64,000 nt of DNA, from the NCBI GenBank assembly GCA_964016885.1, contig OZ024747.1, forward strand, positions 57,226,001 to 57,290,000, in the 5' to 3' direction. Position numbers and translations under genes: made by a program. How positions within the stretch are numbered: the stretch's first letter is position 1; each line of letters starts with the position of its first letter. Below are positions 39,384 to 55,863 of the stretch, one piece after another. The notes beneath the pieces are model-generated. The model was not told the origin of the DNA. It searched no databases and worked only from the letters and a program-made list of their open reading frames with translations. The DNA is from Eledone cirrhosa. Its lineage: Eukaryota.

Positions 39384-39515
39384 GAAAACGAAAAATCAGT
39401 GATGCATCGGAACTCAAATTATTGTGTGTTACAATTGTTTCCCCGAAAACCCCAGAAAGAGGATATGATCCGAAATCAATAGACATGTCCGAGGAACCTG
39501 CAAGTCGAGATCAGG

Positions 39516-39615
39516 TGGTCGCTTAGGGCTGTTCATTTATGAAACATTTTACGCATCATATTTCATTTGTACTCATGCGTAAAATGTTTCATAAATGAAC
39601 AGCCCTAAGCGACCA
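39516..39615. repeat. Perfect 41-bp hairpin with 18-nt loop
   Basis: 39516-39556 is the reverse complement of 39575-39615. Confidence 0.95.
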
Positions 39616-40166
39616 ACCGTTATGTAATAGCTTGGTAACATGCAGCACACATATGGTTTGATTATCTCATCAGCTGTATATATTCCTGATGATTTCATAT
39701 AAATGAAACAGTTCTAGTCCTGTAGAAGCCATTTCTATATTAAAAATCTAAACTCTGCTATGTATTGAGTACCTTACTTACTGTGGTACCCCCAATTGAA
39801 CCCGGGATACACACACACACACACACACGCAGACACACACATATATACATATATACATACATACATAAAATTGAATGACACAACTTCAAGTGATTAGCAA
39901 TTTTATAACAACTTAACCAATGAAACAATTGTTAATACTGTAAATAAAACCCTTTTTGTACTGTTAACCATGTTATTCTTCACTCTTTCACTATTATTAC
40001 TCCAAGATTAACTTACATAGGAACTCCTGAGAACTTATATACTCATTACCTAAGAAAACCTCTTGTTGAGTCAAACAACGCTCCACAATACGGAGTATTC
40101 ACAACATCTAACTGGATTACCTATAACGATAACTTGTTATCCCATATACATACATATATATATATA

Positions 40167-40456
40167 TCATCATCATCATCATCATCATTTTACGTCCACT
40201 TTTCCCTGCTTGGAAGGGTGGGACGGGAACTGATTCTGGCTTGATTTCTACAGCTGGATGCCCTTCCTAACACCAACCTCATTTACAGTGAGTGCTGGGT
40301 GCTTTTTTGTCGAGGCTCCTCCACGACCACTTTGCAGTGGAATGATAAGGACCCCAGTCCCTATCATCTCATTTCTACAGCTGAGTAAACTGGAGCAATG
40401 TGAAATAAAGTGTCTTGCTCAAGGAAACAACACATCACCTGGTCTGAGAATTGAAT
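40167..40456 (-). mobile_element. SINE family B, 5'-truncated
   Basis: Matches family B up to the B-box. Confidence 0.88.
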
Positions 40457-40531
40457 TATATACGCACACATATATATATATACACACACATATATGCACA
40501 CACACATATATACATATATATACACACACAC

Positions 40532-40562
<31 letters not shown>

Positions 40563-41045
40563 TATATATATGTGTGTGTGTGTGTGTGGTTCATAGCTGG
40601 AAAACCAAGAAGAATGCTAATAAAATACTTAAATGAGTACACAATGAAATACTCAATACTTTTTCAGATGTAGAGTTGAATATATTCACAATATCTTTCT
40701 GAAGATAGTCCTTCTGTTTCAAATAATGAGCAAAATGACATTTTGTTCCTTTGTCAGAGTTGAACAAATGAGCAACGATGGTTGCTAGACACTGTACGGC
40801 TTAATTCGGAATGTTTGTTTACAAACACACCGAGCATTATAATAAATGTTCGGTGAATCCATACATACATATATATATGTGTGCATGTATGTATATATAT
40901 ATACATACTACTGTACGTCTGTATACATATATGTATGTACGTATACATACTTATATTTAAGTAACAGCCGTACTAAGAGTGAGAAATGAAATTTCGTTTC
41001 ATTTTTTCCATTTATATATTTATATATATATATATATATATATAT

Positions 41046-41240
41046 AACAAAGGAATTGTGGTAAGGAACCAGATGGACCATAACGCACCAGAGTACTCAA
41101 TACTTAGGGTAGTAGAGTGGGAAATAGGAAAAAGTATGACCCCGACGGCAGAGCTCAAGCCGTTTCGACGGGTATTTCTGGTTCAGAAATAGCTGTCGAA
41201 ACGGCTTGAGCTCTGCCGTCGGGGTCATACATTTTCCTAT
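41046..41240. mobile_element. Fold-back mini-element in (TA)n with conserved tail
   Basis: Arms 41124-41169 and 41195-41240; loop is itself a hairpin preceding CGAAAC; ACTC..GAGTACT on minus strand at 41118-41092. Confidence 0.75.
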
Positions 41241-42058
41241 ATATATATATATATATATAGATAGAGAAAGAGAGAAGGAGAGAGAATAAGAGTAAGAGAT
41301 AGACTGAAGAATAATCTAGATAGGGTGAGATAAAACAAAGCTTTTAGAAGAGGGATTGGATGGAGTAAGGTGACAGACTCTCTTCTGTAATCCCTTTATC
41401 AATCCACCAAACTCCACCAACCCTTTGTTACTGCTGCTGGCCCTTACTAATACACAGACTTCTATCTGACATTTTACATATTGGCTTCCACAGCACAAAA
41501 CACACACAGACACACTTACACATACACAATTACACATAGACACACACACACACACTCACACACACACGCACACTCACACTCACTCACACTCACTCACTTG
41601 CACACAGACACAGACACAAACACACACAGACACACATACACTAACACGCAGACACACACATGGCTCCACACACACAGACACATTCACAAACAAACATACA
41701 CTCACACATACACGCAGCTATATACACATATATTTACGAATATATATAGATATAAGTACTCACACTTGTATATCTACACACACACACACCCAAAACATAT
41801 ACACAGATACACACAGACGCATCCATAAGTAATTATGCATATAACTATATTGGCACACACATACTTGTAAACACACACACTCACAGACATCACATATAAA
41901 ACACACTAATATGTGTACTCATACACACATACACACGGATTCAAATATACCCACTAACAAAACCATTATTGTATTTTTTATCATTTTACTGCCTAGGACA
42001 CACACACACTCACACATACGCACACATTCACACACACACACATATATATATATATGTA

Positions 42059-42089
<31 letters not shown>

Positions 42090-42192
42090 GTAAATATATA
42101 TATATATATGTAAATATATATATATATATGTAAATATATGTGTGGGTGTCAACATATGTGTGTGGAAATTCATGTATGTATGTATGTATATA

Positions 42193-42245
<53 letters not shown>

Positions 42246-42257
42246 GTATATATGTAC

Positions 42258-42341
<84 letters not shown>

Positions 42342-42346
42342 ATATA

Positions 42347-42389
<43 letters not shown>

Positions 42390-42889
42390 ATGTGTACATA
42401 TATATATATGTATATATATATATACACACATACATATACATACACATACATACATATGCATACATACACATGCATATTTCAACATTGAGTCATGTCTTGT
42501 GGTCAGTATTTTGTTGATTTATTTTAATTTTTTTTGCATTTTTACATATTTTCTTGTATTTTACATTTATATATATTTATATTTGTTTATTTTATTTTTA
42601 TTTTTTCATCTATTTCTCCAGTGTCCTTTAACATGTCCACGAATCAATGACAGCTTCTGTCTCGCCAAGCTGACACCAGATGGAGACACCAAGTCTAATA
42701 TAGCAGTAAAAACAGATAGATATTTTGCCCATATACATACACACATATATACACACACACATACACATATATATATATATATATGTATATATATGCTTAT
42801 ATATCTGTTTAACCATCTATCAATCAATCAATATATATATGTGGGTGAATATGTATATGTGTGTATGAGTGTTGTATATATTCGCATAA

Positions 42890-42941
<52 letters not shown>

Positions 42942-43134
42942 GATATATATATATATGTATGTATATGTAAGTGTATGTATTCATATTTAACTTAATAGCT
43001 TCATATTATTTCTTTGCATACATATTACTTATGGTGATGTTATAAATATGTATATATCATAAACACATGCACATACACACACACACATACACACAAAAAC
43101 ATATATGTGTATATATGTATACACACACACACAC

Positions 43135-43195
<61 letters not shown>

Positions 43196-43446
43196 TAAAT
43201 GTATGTATATATATTTATATATATATATATATATAAATGTATGTATATATATTTATATATATATATATAAATGTATGTATATATATTTATATATATATAT
43301 ATAAATGTATGTATATATATTTATATATATATATATATATAAATGTATGTATATATATTTATATATATATACGATATGATCACCAACTTCATCATAATCA
43401 TCATTATTTTTACCTTGTGTAGGTTGGTCTAGTATCATAAATATAA

Positions 43447-43491
<45 letters not shown>

Positions 43492-43796
43492 CATATATAC
43501 ATATCTATATATATAAATATATATAGATATATATATATACATAGATGGATAGATTGATAGATAGATAGATATAGATATATCTATGTGTATATATATATAT
43601 ATATATATATAATGTATACACACATTTGTATGTGTGTATATGTATGCATAGACAGAACTAAATAGATAACTACTCCTTAAATGTATCTGTGTTATATATT
43701 TCTAAAAATATTCACCATTAAAAAGGGACAATGAAAGGAATAAAGAACATCAGAACATAAAAAACATGACTCTCTCTCTCTCTATATATATATATA

Positions 43797-43909
<113 letters not shown>

Positions 43910-44013
43910 CAGTGAATATGTAGTTATATATATATACATATATCAATATACTTGCATATGCATTTTGTGCATATGTAAAATATAATATATACTGAACCTA
44001 TTTTGATATATAC

Positions 44014-44079
<66 letters not shown>

Positions 44080-44213
44080 TTGGGCATAAGTACACGTTTG
44101 TATATTTTGTATTTATATGTATTATATAATAATATATATTAACATATGCTATATGATATATCTTTATATTTTAACATACATGTGTATATATATGCATGCA
44201 TGTATATACAGAC

Positions 44214-44283
<70 letters not shown>

Positions 44284-44296
44284 AATCTGTTACCCA

Positions 44297-44332
<36 letters not shown>

Positions 44333-44343
44333 GTGTGTGTGTG

Positions 44344-44399
<56 letters not shown>

Positions 44400-44412
44400 C
44401 TGTTACCCAACT

Positions 44413-44460
<48 letters not shown>

Positions 44461-44649
44461 TTCATACTTAGACACATACATGCACATACACACACATATA
44501 CACTCACATACACACATATATAGATAGCTACACAATAGTTCATCTGTGACTATATATGTGGGCCATCAACTGTGTGTCAGGATATGTAATTACACAGGTT
44601 GGCATTTATAAATGGATAAAACAATGGGACAGTTGGAATGAAATGACCA

Positions 44650-44855
44650 CACCACCGGCACCTCCACACCACCGGCAACTCCACACCACCGGCACCTCCA
44701 CACCACCGGCAACTCCACACCACCGGCAACTCCACACCACCGGCACCTCCACACCACCGGCAACTCCACACCACCGGCAATTCCACACCACCAGCAATTC
44801 CACACCCCCAGCAACTTTACACCGCCGGCAACTCCACACCGCCGGCAACTCCACA
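44650..44855. repeat. 17-bp minisatellite (CCGGCAACTCCACACCA) followed by (CAC/CAT)n
   Basis: About 12 tandem units. Confidence 0.9.
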
Positions 44856-44935
44856 TCACCACCATTACCGCAACCACCACCACCACCACCACCACCACCA
44901 CCACCACCATCATCACCATCACCACCACCATCATC

Positions 44936-44967
<32 letters not shown>

Positions 44968-45265
44968 CATCCCATCCCCATCACCACCACCACCACCACT
45001 ACCACCATCACCACCACCACCATCACCACCATCACCACCACCACCATCATCATCATCCCATCCCCATCGCCACCACCACCACCACCATCACCACCACCAC
45101 CACCACCACAACCACCACCACCACCACCATCATCACAGCAATACCACCACTGATGCCACAAGCTACCACTATTATCCTTCTACCCCATCAATACTCCCAT
45201 CAACACCAACCATACCACCACCACCACCACCACTTTGAATGGACCACCTCCATTACAGACACTAG

Positions 45266-45315
<50 letters not shown>

Positions 45316-45587
45316 CAACCATTTCCATCACCAGCAGCAGTAGCAGCAACAAGAACAATTACACCACTAACACTGCAATCTCCACCACCACCACCACCAC
45401 CACCACCACCACCATCAACAATAACATCACCAACACCACCCCTAATCTGAGGCACATATATACATACATACATTCATACATATATATATATGTGTGTATT
45501 TATACACCTACACACACACATATATATATATATATACATATATATATACATATATATATATATATGTGTGTGAATATATACATTATA

Positions 45588-45697
<110 letters not shown>

Positions 45698-45762
45698 TAT
45701 ATATATAAATACACACACACATATATATATATATATAAATACACACACATATATATATAAAT

Positions 45763-45842
<80 letters not shown>

Positions 45843-46566
45843 ATAGATTTAAATATATAAAGTCACATAGAGAGATAGACATAGAGAGAAATAGGTAGAA
45901 AGGAAGAGTGAAAGACAAAGAGTAAGGTAGAGAGGTGTGTGGGTCTGAGAGTCAGCTATATAGATGGGGGGTAAGACATAGATGTATAGTGCGGGGAGAT
46001 GGTGAGGTAGAAGGGTAGAGGGAAGGGTTAGAGAGATTGTGTTGTCAGATAAAGAGATAAATGATGAAACATTTATCTAACAAACAACTACAATATAAAA
46101 CAATGACAATAACAACAACAATAATTACCTCGACACTAACAACAATAACATAAACAACAATAACAACAATAACAGCAAAAAAACAACAACAAGAAACAAA
46201 TAACAAGAACAATAAAGAGAATGGAAAAACAATAACGAAAAGAAGAATAACAACAATAACAACAACAACAACAATAATAACAGCAAAAAATGAGGGATGA
46301 TAATAAATAAAAGACAATTGCAATGACACCTTACTTATTCACAAATATACTCATGCATACTCATGCACGTTTGCATATGCATATACATACATTTATATAT
46401 ACATGCATGCACGTGTCCTTATGCATTAAGTCTCTGGCAAGCAAATACTTCTCTATATTTTGCTTATATCACATGCTAGCAGGGAAAATGGATGTTAAAC
46501 GGTTATGATGATGATGATGATATATGATATATGAATGTGTGTGTGTGTGTGTGTGTGTGTGTGTCT

Positions 46567-46626
<60 letters not shown>

Positions 46627-46867
46627 TTCACTCATAAATGTCCCATTCATACAACACTCTTAACACCACACCTGCCAACATCAATTCTAATACTATCAAC
46701 AATAACTCTAGCTCCTATACTACACTGGCTAATCCCAGTCCCACTACTGCCACTCATCAATACATCTGCAAATGCTACCACTGCCAATACCACCACCACC
46801 ACACCACCACCACTATTCTCACAAGCAAATTTACCATACCATTTCAAATAGAGTTATGAAAACAGAA

Positions 46868-47560
46868 AGAATGGATATTTCTATTTTAGTTTAAAGCCAA
46901 TATTGTTTTCTTTTAGTTACCAAATATAGTTGGACAATACTGTTGCTGACATCATATTTTTGTGTGTGAAAGTAGAAATGTGGATTGCTTATCTTTGCTT
47001 AATTCTGCCATTTACCATCCTGATTTTACTTTTCAAGTGAATTCGTCCATTCTTGTTGCTGGAATTGACTTCAACATCGTATATCACAGATGTTTAGTTA
47101 CAAATATTTTAAGTTGGCATATCTCTTTATTTCTACATGGGAATTTATCAATTATTTGTGTTGTTGTTTTATCTGTTGTTATGTGATAACAGGTGAAATG
47201 TTTCTCTATTAATGATGAGAATTTTTAAACTTACATTTAAGAAACAAAAGATCATATGACAAAACATATTTTGGTACCTATTCTTAGATTGGATCTTGGT
47301 AGTTTAGGAGTGCATCTAATCATCTTTGAAGTGACTATTAGCAAATCTCTGTTATTGTGATAGAAAGGTGTTGCTCTATCAAACACATCCTTTGTAGGGG
47401 AGAGCTTAGAAATCCTTGCATTGATATTGTTAATCAGTTTATTTGTAAGGAGTAGAAATTTATTGTTTATTTTATTATGTTGTTTACTATAGGGATTATA
47501 AGAATCCTTATATTGATTAAAGGTGACATCAAAAAGCTTTTTCTTCACACAAGAGAAATT
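46868..47560 (-). pseudogene. Decayed Penelope-like element RT-thumb and GIY-YIG region
   Basis: FDVTFNQYKDSYNPYSK..NINARISKLS..DVFDRATPFY; LIEKHF; CRNKEICQL..SVIY; VLSNYIW*LKEN; homologous to 56979-57600. Confidence 0.75.
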
Positions 47561-48429
47561 CTAAAATGGGACAAATTGACAAATGAAGCAGATGATTTAG
47601 AAATTCACAGAGGAGAGACAATATAGCTGTGATAAACAATTCCCCTTTCTACTTGGGTATAGATGAAAATAAAACTGTGTAGCTATTGAATGGTGACCAT
47701 ATAGGAGCAGAGAGGACTCTTTAGTTTGGCTGAACATATGAAAACCTCTCTAGCATGGGTCCCACGATAAAATGCACCCTATACAATCTGTAAAATGGTA
47801 GTACTGGTGCCATGATAAATGCACTCATTATAATCTGTAAAATGGTTATGCTGCTTCCATGAAAAATACACACAGTAAACTCTGTAAAGTGACACTGCAA
47901 GTATTACAATGAAATGCACCTGATGTATTCCATAAAATGGTTGGCATTAGGACAGGAATGCAGCCATAGAGAAAATGTTAAATATAGGAAATATGGACAA
48001 GACATGGTTCCTTGTGCAGTTTAGTCTCAGACTAGGACAAGCCACCCAACCCATGTTAGCATAGAAAGTAGACATAAAATGATAATGATGATGATGGTGA
48101 TAATGTGTGTAACATTTGTGAAAATGTAACTGAAGAATGCTTTCTCAAAGTAAAAAATTGTTGTCATTGCAGTAACAAAAATGCCATCTGTATTATCAAT
48201 ACATTTGCTGTACCAGTCATAGCATATGTCTCTGTCATATAGAACTGGAATATAATAGGTCTCACTGAAATTTGTGTCATAATAAAATGCATCTAGTATA
48301 TTTTGTAAAGTGATTGGTGATCAAATGAAAACCACAAAAGTTAGAGGAAGCTTTAGTTGTATCAAGACATTAGCAACATCTCCAGGGTTGATGCCATGAT
48401 AAAATGCTCTCCTTATTATAAATCACCAT

Positions 48430-49048
48430 TCTTTGCAGCATAGAGTTATGGCCCTTTACGTTCTGAGTTCAAATCCTGCTGAGGTTAGCTTTGCCTTTCA
48501 TCCTTACGGGGTTGATAAAATAAAGCACTAGTATTGCACTGCGGTCGATTTAATCGACTTTCCCTTTTCCCCAAATTGCTGGCCTTGTGACTAAATCAGA
48601 AACTATCAAGTAGGATGGTGAATTCACAGTTGTTAGAGCATCAGACAAGTACTTAGCAGTATTTATTTTGGCTCTTCCCAATCTGAGCTCAAATGCCACT
48701 GAGCTCAGCTTCGCATTTCAACCTTTCGGGGTTGATAAAATAACAATAAAGAACTAAGGTTGATATAATTGATTTTCCCCCATGACCCTAAATTACTGGC
48801 TTTATAACTAAAGTAGAAATAATTGTTTACTATAAAGTAGGGTGGTGAATTCACAGAGTTGTTAGAGCATCAGACATATGTATGAAGTATTTTGCGGGAT
48901 CATTGCATTCAAATCCTGGCACTGTCAACTTTACCTTTCATTGTTTCTGGATTGATATAATAAAGTACTAGCCATATATATTGAGATGAATTTAATCTTC
49001 TTTCCCTTCCTTCAAAATTACTGGCCTTATGCCTAGTGTAGAATTATT
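48430..49048 (+). mobile_element. Three diverged tandem SINE family A-related copies
   Basis: Repeated tRNA head, GCCTTTCA..GGTTGATAAAATAA core and CTGGCCTT..AGTAGAA tail. Confidence 0.75.
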
Positions 49049-49545
49049 ATACAATATCAAGTGTTTAGTGAATGAATGGAAGCAACATAAGTTAGAGAGA
49101 ACTCTTTAGTAATGTTGAGGACGTGACAACCTCTCTAGTGTTAGTGCCCTGGTAAAATACACACATAAATCTCTGTTAATGGGTGCAGGTCACGAAGGAC
49201 ATCCTGCTATAGAAACCAAACTATGTACAAGCAAGACATGTTTTTTTTCTGTAAGTAAGAAAAGCAAATTTGACCTTAGCAGGATTTGAACTCAAAACAT
49301 ATAGATCCCAAACAAATACCACATGGCTATTTGTATGACACTCTAAGAACTCTACCAAACAATTGATATAATGGTGTTCCTAATAGAAATATGACAATAA
49401 CAATGACTGTAACAAATATCGAAAGTCTTCGAGGTTAACTTTGCCTTTCATCCTTACGGGGGTCGATAAAATAAAGTACCAGTAATACACTGGGTAATTG
49501 CTGGCCTTGTGCCAAACGTAGAAACAATTATGATATATATATATA

Positions 49546-49576
<31 letters not shown>

Positions 49577-49613
49577 CTATATATATATCTATATCTATAT
49601 ATATATATATATA

Positions 49614-49654
<41 letters not shown>

Positions 49655-49679
49655 CTCCTTCCCAAACAAAATAATAGTG

Positions 49680-49707
49680 CAAACAACAGCAACAGCAATA
49701 ACAACAA

Positions 49708-49738
<31 letters not shown>

Positions 49739-51060
49739 AGCAATAACAACAACAACAACAGCAATAACAACAACAACAGCAGCAGCAATAACAACAACAA
49801 CAACAGCAGCAATAACAACAACAGCAACAGCAATAACAACACAACAGCAACAGCAATAACAACAACAGCAACAACAGCAATAACAACAAGAACAGCAGCA
49901 GCAATAACAACAACAACAGCATCAGCAATAACAACAACAGCATCAGCAATAACAACAACAACAGCAGCAGCAATAACAACAACAGCATCAGCAATAACAA
50001 CAACAACAACAGCAGCAATAACAACAACAGCAACAGCAATAACAACACAACAGCAGCAGCAATAACAACAACAGCAACAGCAGCAATAACAACAACAACA
50101 GCAACAGCAATAACAACAACAGCAGCAGCAACAACAACAACAGCAACAACAACAGCAATAACAACAACCGCAGCAGCAGCAATAACAACAACAGCAACAG
50201 CAATAACAACAACAACAGCAGCAGCAATAACAACAACAGCAACAGCAGCAATAACAACAACAGCAGCAACAGCAATAACAACAACAGCAGCAGCAACAAC
50301 AACAACAGCAACAGCAATAACAACAACAGCAGCAGCAGCAACAACAACAACAGCAACAGCAATAACAACAACAGCAACAGCAATAACAACAACACAGCAG
50401 CAGCAATAACAACAGCAACATCAACAGCAATAACAACAACAGCAACAGCAGCAATAACAACAACAGCAGCAACAGCAATAACAACAACAGCAGCAGCAAC
50501 AACAACAACAGCAACAGCAATAACAACAACAGCAGCAGCAGCAACAACAACAACAGCAACAACAACAGCAATAACAACAACCGCAGCAGCAGCAATAACA
50601 ACAACAGCAACAGCAATAACAGCAACAGCAACAGCAATAACAACAACACAGCAGCAGCAATAACAACAGCAACAGCAACAGCAATAACAACAACAGCATC
50701 AGCAATAACAACAACAGCAACAGCAGCAATAACAACAACAGCAACAGCAATAACAACACAACAGCAACAGCAATAACAACAACAGCAGCAGCAATAACAA
50801 CAACAACAACAGCAGCAATAACCACAACAACAGCAATAACAACAACAGCAGCAGCAATAACAACAACAGCAACAGCAACAGCAATAACAACAACAGCAGC
50901 AGCAGCAATAACAACAACAGCAACAGCAATAACAACAACAACAGCAGCAGCAGCAATAACAACAACAGCAACAGCAATAACAACAACAACAGTATCAGCA
51001 ATAACAACAACAACAGCAACAGCAATAACAACAACAACAGCACCATTAACAACAGAAATA
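49680..51060. repeat. Compound (CAA/CAG/TAA)n microsatellite, about 1.4 kb
   Basis: Direct inspection. Confidence 0.97.
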
Positions 51061-51109
51061 ACAATATAACAATATAAAAAAACAGCACATAAATAAATAA
51101 CTACAATAA

Positions 51110-52120
51110 GGGTGGTAGTGTGAGGATGGTGGTGGTGGTGATGGTGGTGGTGGTGGTGATGATGGTGGTTGTGGTGATGATGGTGGTCGTGGTGATGATG
51201 ATGGTGGTGGTGGTGGTGGTGGTGGTGGTGGTGGTGGTGGTGGTGGTGGTGGTGATGATGGTGGTGGTGGTGGTGATGGTGGTAATGGTGAGGATGGTGG
51301 TAGTAGTGGTGATGGGGGTAGTAGTGGTGATGGTGGTAGAAGTGGTGATGGGGGTAGTGGTGGTGATGGGGGTAGTGTTGATGGTAGTGGTAGTAGTGGC
51401 GGTGATGGTGGTCGTGGTGATGATGGTGGTGGTGGTGGTGGTGGTGGTGGTGGTGGTGGTGGTGGTGGTGGTGGTGATGATGGTGGTGGTGGTGGTGATG
51501 GTGGTAATGGTGAGGATGGTGGTAGTAGTGGTGATGGGGGTAGTAGTGGTGATGGTGGTAGTAGTGGTGATGGGGGTAGTGGTGGTGATGGTGGTAGTAG
51601 TGGTGATGGGGGTAGTGGTGGTGATGGGGGTAGTGTTGATGGTAGTGGTGGTAGTGGCGGTGATGGTGGTAGTGGTGGTGATGGTTTTGATGGTGGTAGT
51701 GGTGGTGATGGTAGTAGTAGTAGTGGTGATGGTGGTAGTGGTAGTGATGGTAATAGTGATGGTGGTAGTGGTGGTGATGTTGCTAGTGTTGATGGTGGTA
51801 GTGGTGGTGATGGTAGTAGTAGTAGTGGTGGTAGTGTTGGTGATGGTAGTAGTTGTGGTGATGGTGGTAGTGGTAGTGATGGTAATAGTGAAGGTGATGG
51901 GGGGTAGTGATGGTGATGGTGGTAGTGGTGGTGATGGTAGTAGTGGTGATAGTATTGGTAGTAGCGGTGGTAATGGTGGTAGTATTGGTAGTTGTGGTGG
52001 TGATGGCGGTAGTATTGATGGTAGTAGTGGTCATGGTGGTGGTAGTAGTAGTAGTAGTGGTGGTAGTGGTGGTAGTATTGGTAGTAGTGGTAGTAGTAGT
52101 AGTAGTGGTAGAAGTAGCAG
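51110..52120. repeat. Compound (GGT/GAT/AGT)n microsatellite, about 1 kb
   Basis: Direct inspection. Confidence 0.97.
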
Positions 52121-52319
52121 CCATGATGATTACACCACTGCAATAAGTAACAACATCAACAACAATAATACTAATTATAATAAATACAACACAAATGTAC
52201 TTTTGGAAGAGTAGATACACTTCCACATACTAAGTATACACACACACAAACACACATATATTTACATATACAAATGTATTATCTATTACACATACATATA
52301 TATATACACACACACACAC

Positions 52320-52385
<66 letters not shown>

Positions 52386-52616
52386 CCCATGCTAGCATGG
52401 AAGATGGACGTTAACCAGTGAGGATGATGATGTTGATGATATATATCTGTGTGTGTGTTTGTGTGTATGTGAGAGTATGTGTTTGTGTTTATATATACCT
52501 ATACATATATACATATATATATTTATACACGTGTGTCTGTGTGAGAGAGAGTGTGAGTGTATGCGTGTTGGTATATATCTATATACATACATATATATAT
52601 GTATGTGTGTATAGAG

Positions 52617-52665
<49 letters not shown>

Positions 52666-53394
52666 TACACACACAGACAGACATAGTTATACATTCCTCA
52701 GTCTTGCTTATATGCTGACACATATACACACACAAAAAAAAAAGGTGAAACAAAGATAACAAAAAATGAAATTCAGAAAAGCCATAAGAAAAGAAACAGA
52801 TGCACAAATACAAAATATGAAATGAAGAAAAAATACCTACAAAAATACCTACAAAATATACTATAAAACAAAACAATGTGACATATAAAACAAAATATAC
52901 TATAAAACAAAACAATATGTCATATAAAACAAAAGACATGAAAATCAACATTCAAAGATATTTGTTATGGAGAGTAATAAAGCAAAATGATATGAACGTT
53001 GGTGTATAATGAATACTTATTAATCACCCACCACCTCGGAAAGATAGATAGGGAAGCTTTTGGCAGTGGAAATCATAGAGAATTGGTAGATTTTTATAGC
53101 AAATATCCTGCTTACTGCTATTGTTTATTCTGCATTAACAAATTTGCTGACATTTGACGGAGGAATTTGGCCGAAAGTCACCAGAAGTTTGTCAAGATTT
53201 ACTGGGTTTTTGTGACTGTATATTTGCATGTGTGTGTGTGTGTAAATATATGTGAATGTGTGTCCAGTATGTGTGTAATTTGGTATGTGTATGTAGAGGG
53301 CTTGGACATGAGTAAACATATATGAGTAAATGTTTCTTTATACAGACATAAATGTACATAAGTATGTATGTGTGTGTATGTGTGTATATATATG

Positions 53395-53466
<72 letters not shown>

Positions 53467-53632
53467 CATATATATACATATATATTTCTCTCTCCATGTG
53501 TATGTTGGTATGCATATATGTACATGTATATGTAAGTAAATATATATATATATATATATATATTTACATACATATACATGTATATATATATATATGTGTG
53601 TATTTATATATTTACATACATATGCATCTATC

Positions 53633-53669
<37 letters not shown>

Positions 53670-53709
53670 CTGTGTGTGTGTGTATATATATATATATGTA
53701 TGTACATAC

Positions 53710-53769
<60 letters not shown>

Positions 53770-53790
53770 ATTTATATATTTACATACATA

Positions 53791-53831
<41 letters not shown>

Positions 53832-54400
53832 TCATACATACATACATTCATTCATACATACAGACGTATGGAGAGAGAAAGGGAGTCAGAGTGAAAAAAG
53901 AAGTGGAGAGAAACAAATTAAGAGATAAGAAGAGGGATTGGGAGACAAAGGCAGGCAGAGGTGAGAATAAAGGATAAATGGATAAATAGAGAGAAACACT
54001 TATTAAAGATAGTGTGGAAGAGCGAGAGAGAGGGAGAGGGAGAGAGAGAGGGGGGTTATGAGAGAGAGAGAGTCCATGTGCTAGAGAGAGGGAGGGATGG
54101 GTAGTAAGAGTAAGAGAGTAAATAAACATATGAACAGAAAATGAGAGACAATATTTACATAGAGAGATAGATATGTGTAAGCATAATTGCATTTACATAA
54201 TTTATATATATATATATATATATATATGCAGGTTTAGACATATGGAGTACACACATACACACACACATATGCGTTGTGTGTGTGTATACAGAAATTATTT
54301 AAAAACTCATACAGATTTGTCTGCAAATGCAGAATTTTTTCCCAGATTACCACCCATAAGTTAATCATAATGAATATTTACATATACATACATAATTATT

Positions 54401-54498
<98 letters not shown>

Positions 54499-54523
54499 TG
54501 TAATAAACAACATAAGACAATTA

Positions 54524-54584
54524 TTCCATTTACCAGTGGTTTCTTAAAAGCAAAAAAATGTTGCTTTCAATCATCAGAATGAAA
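54524..54584 (-). ncRNA. Type I hammerhead ribozyme, all core nucleotides and three stems present
   Basis: Reverse strand TTTCATT-CTGATGA-TTGAAAGCAA..TTGCTTTTAA-GAAA-CCACTGG-TA-AATGGAA. Confidence 0.85.
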
Positions 54585-54724
54585 AAATCCTGGTCTGTTT
54601 ATTGAATTTGGATTTTAAAAACAAAAATGTAATCTATATGAAAGTGAGGCTGGAGAAAGAAGAAGGAAAGGAATAATAAAATAAAAACACACATGCAAAC
54701 ACACACACACACAAAAGCATACAT

Positions 54725-54783
<59 letters not shown>

Positions 54784-55300
54784 CACTCATACATACACAC
54801 ACACATATACACATATATATGTGTATATAAATACACACATACACATACATATACACATACATACACACATAAATATCAACACATCCATACATACACATAC
54901 ATATACATACATACATATATGCACACAATCATACCTATATACACACGTACATACATACACATACATAAATGCATACATATGCATGTACAAAATTAGAAAA
55001 ATATACACACACCTCTACATATTCACACACGCAAATAAATATAAGAAAAATATATATAAAAAATAAAATAATAAAGACTATTATACAGTTGACAGCGATA
55101 CAAGCGACGAATAAATGAACAAACACGCGTGGTAAGCAATACACACAAATGCACGTACACATACGTACGAAAAAGTAAATACATACACACACTCTCACAC
55201 ATAAATATACATATACAAATACATAAACACATACATACGCATACACAAACACACACACACACACATATACATATATACACCCACATATACATATACATAC

Positions 55301-55369
<69 letters not shown>

Positions 55370-55478
55370 CACACACACATATACACACATATATATACAT
55401 ACACACATACATACATACATAGCTATACAATTATACACATACAAATACGTACATATCACAAACACGCACGACCAAATA

Positions 55479-55591
<113 letters not shown>

Positions 55592-55683
55592 CTCAATCTT
55601 AGATAATTCATATGAACCTTATATAACTCAAAAATATACATATACATATATATAGTAATGTAATAAACAACATAAGGCAATTA

Positions 55684-55744
55684 TTCCATTCACCAGTGGT
55701 TTCTTAAAAGCAAAAAAAATGTGCCTTCAATCATCAGAATGAAA
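55684..55744 (-). ncRNA. Second copy of the 54524 hammerhead with GUG at the cleavage triplet
   Basis: 55658-55756 is a direct copy of 54498-54596; T to C change at 55691. Confidence 0.75.
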
Positions 55745-55762
55745 AAAACTTGGTCTATCTAC

Positions 55763-55863
<101 letters not shown>

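Noticed and set aside
49380-52226. Poly-Leu/Cys/Gln/Val/Pro ORFs of up to 365 aa
   Set aside because: Arise from compound triplet microsatellites open in several frames on both strands; no splice or homology support.
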